DNA of 64,000 nucleotides from Iphione sp. A-MEVVRFRX5 (lineage: Eukaryota), in assembly GCA_976226885.1 (NCBI GenBank), contig OZ320316.1:89218001-89282000 (forward strand). The letters run 5' to 3'. The position numbers were made by a program, and so were the translations under genes. The notes beneath the pieces were generated by a model, which saw nothing but the letters and a program-made list of their open reading frames with translations, did not search any database and was not told the DNA's origin. How positions within the stretch are numbered: the stretch's first letter is position 1; every line of letters begins with the position of its first letter. Below, in pieces: positions 63,551 through 64,000 of this stretch.

Positions 63551-64000
63551 AGTCTGGCAAGACATTGTAATTACTAAGTCACTACAGCATTTAGAGTACA
63601 TGTCCATTCAATCAAGAATACTAAGAAAAACGTGATGGCTTTTTGCAACCTTCCAACTCTTAATTTTTATGAGAAAAAAGCACGAGGTTCAAATCTACAA
63701 CGATGACTGTGCATTAGACGGTACACTGATAGAGGCTTGTTTAAGAGCAGTAAGAATACATAGCCAATATGGTCACTTTCCATATACATGTATAGAGAGG
63801 AAATCTGACAATACTGTCACCCACCATTCTGAGCGAAAGTGACCACAATAACCTTTCAACTGGCTGCTTGAGCTTTTTCAAATGCCAACCATAAATGTCC
63901 TCACCCATGTCCATTATTGTCTGAATGCTTTCTCACGGTCTCAAGAGATGCAGTTACATTTTTAGGCATTATTTAAGAGGTGTGCCTAACTGAAGTCATG

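Noticed and set aside
1-64000. Intact protein-coding genes among the track ORFs
   Set aside because: All are 141 aa or shorter. Many are antisense shadows of TE remnants, and none gives a recognisable complete domain or a coherent exon chain.

Overview
Eukaryotic, gene-poor DNA of moderate GC. It resembles a marine invertebrate such as a lancelet: TACATGTA is enriched and the MITE styles fit, but this is inference only. I found no intact host gene, operon, rRNA, tRNA or CRISPR array, and most ORFs in the supplied track are short and look spurious. The window is a mosaic of two things. The first is three non-autonomous TIR elements (MITEs), short tandem duplications and a microsatellite, all directly visible in the sequence. 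The second is about 30 short, heavily diverged, stop-interrupted protein-like remnants. By hand translation and recall of family consensus motifs (no database search), these resemble Penelope RT/GIY-YIG, RTE, L2/CR1 and Tx1/L1 LINEs, Ty3/gypsy RT-RNaseH-integrase, piggyBac, Harbinger, hAT, mariner, possibly a Maverick/Polinton ATPase, and HYR-, LRR- and PHD-like host domains. The remnants are uniformly blurred: motif order and often reading frame survive, but hardly any catalytic motif is exact. This could be an ancient TE graveyard or piRNA-cluster-like locus, or the window may not be a natural assembly (for example model-generated). That needs settling before any novelty claim. I cannot support an intact, previously undescribed system here.
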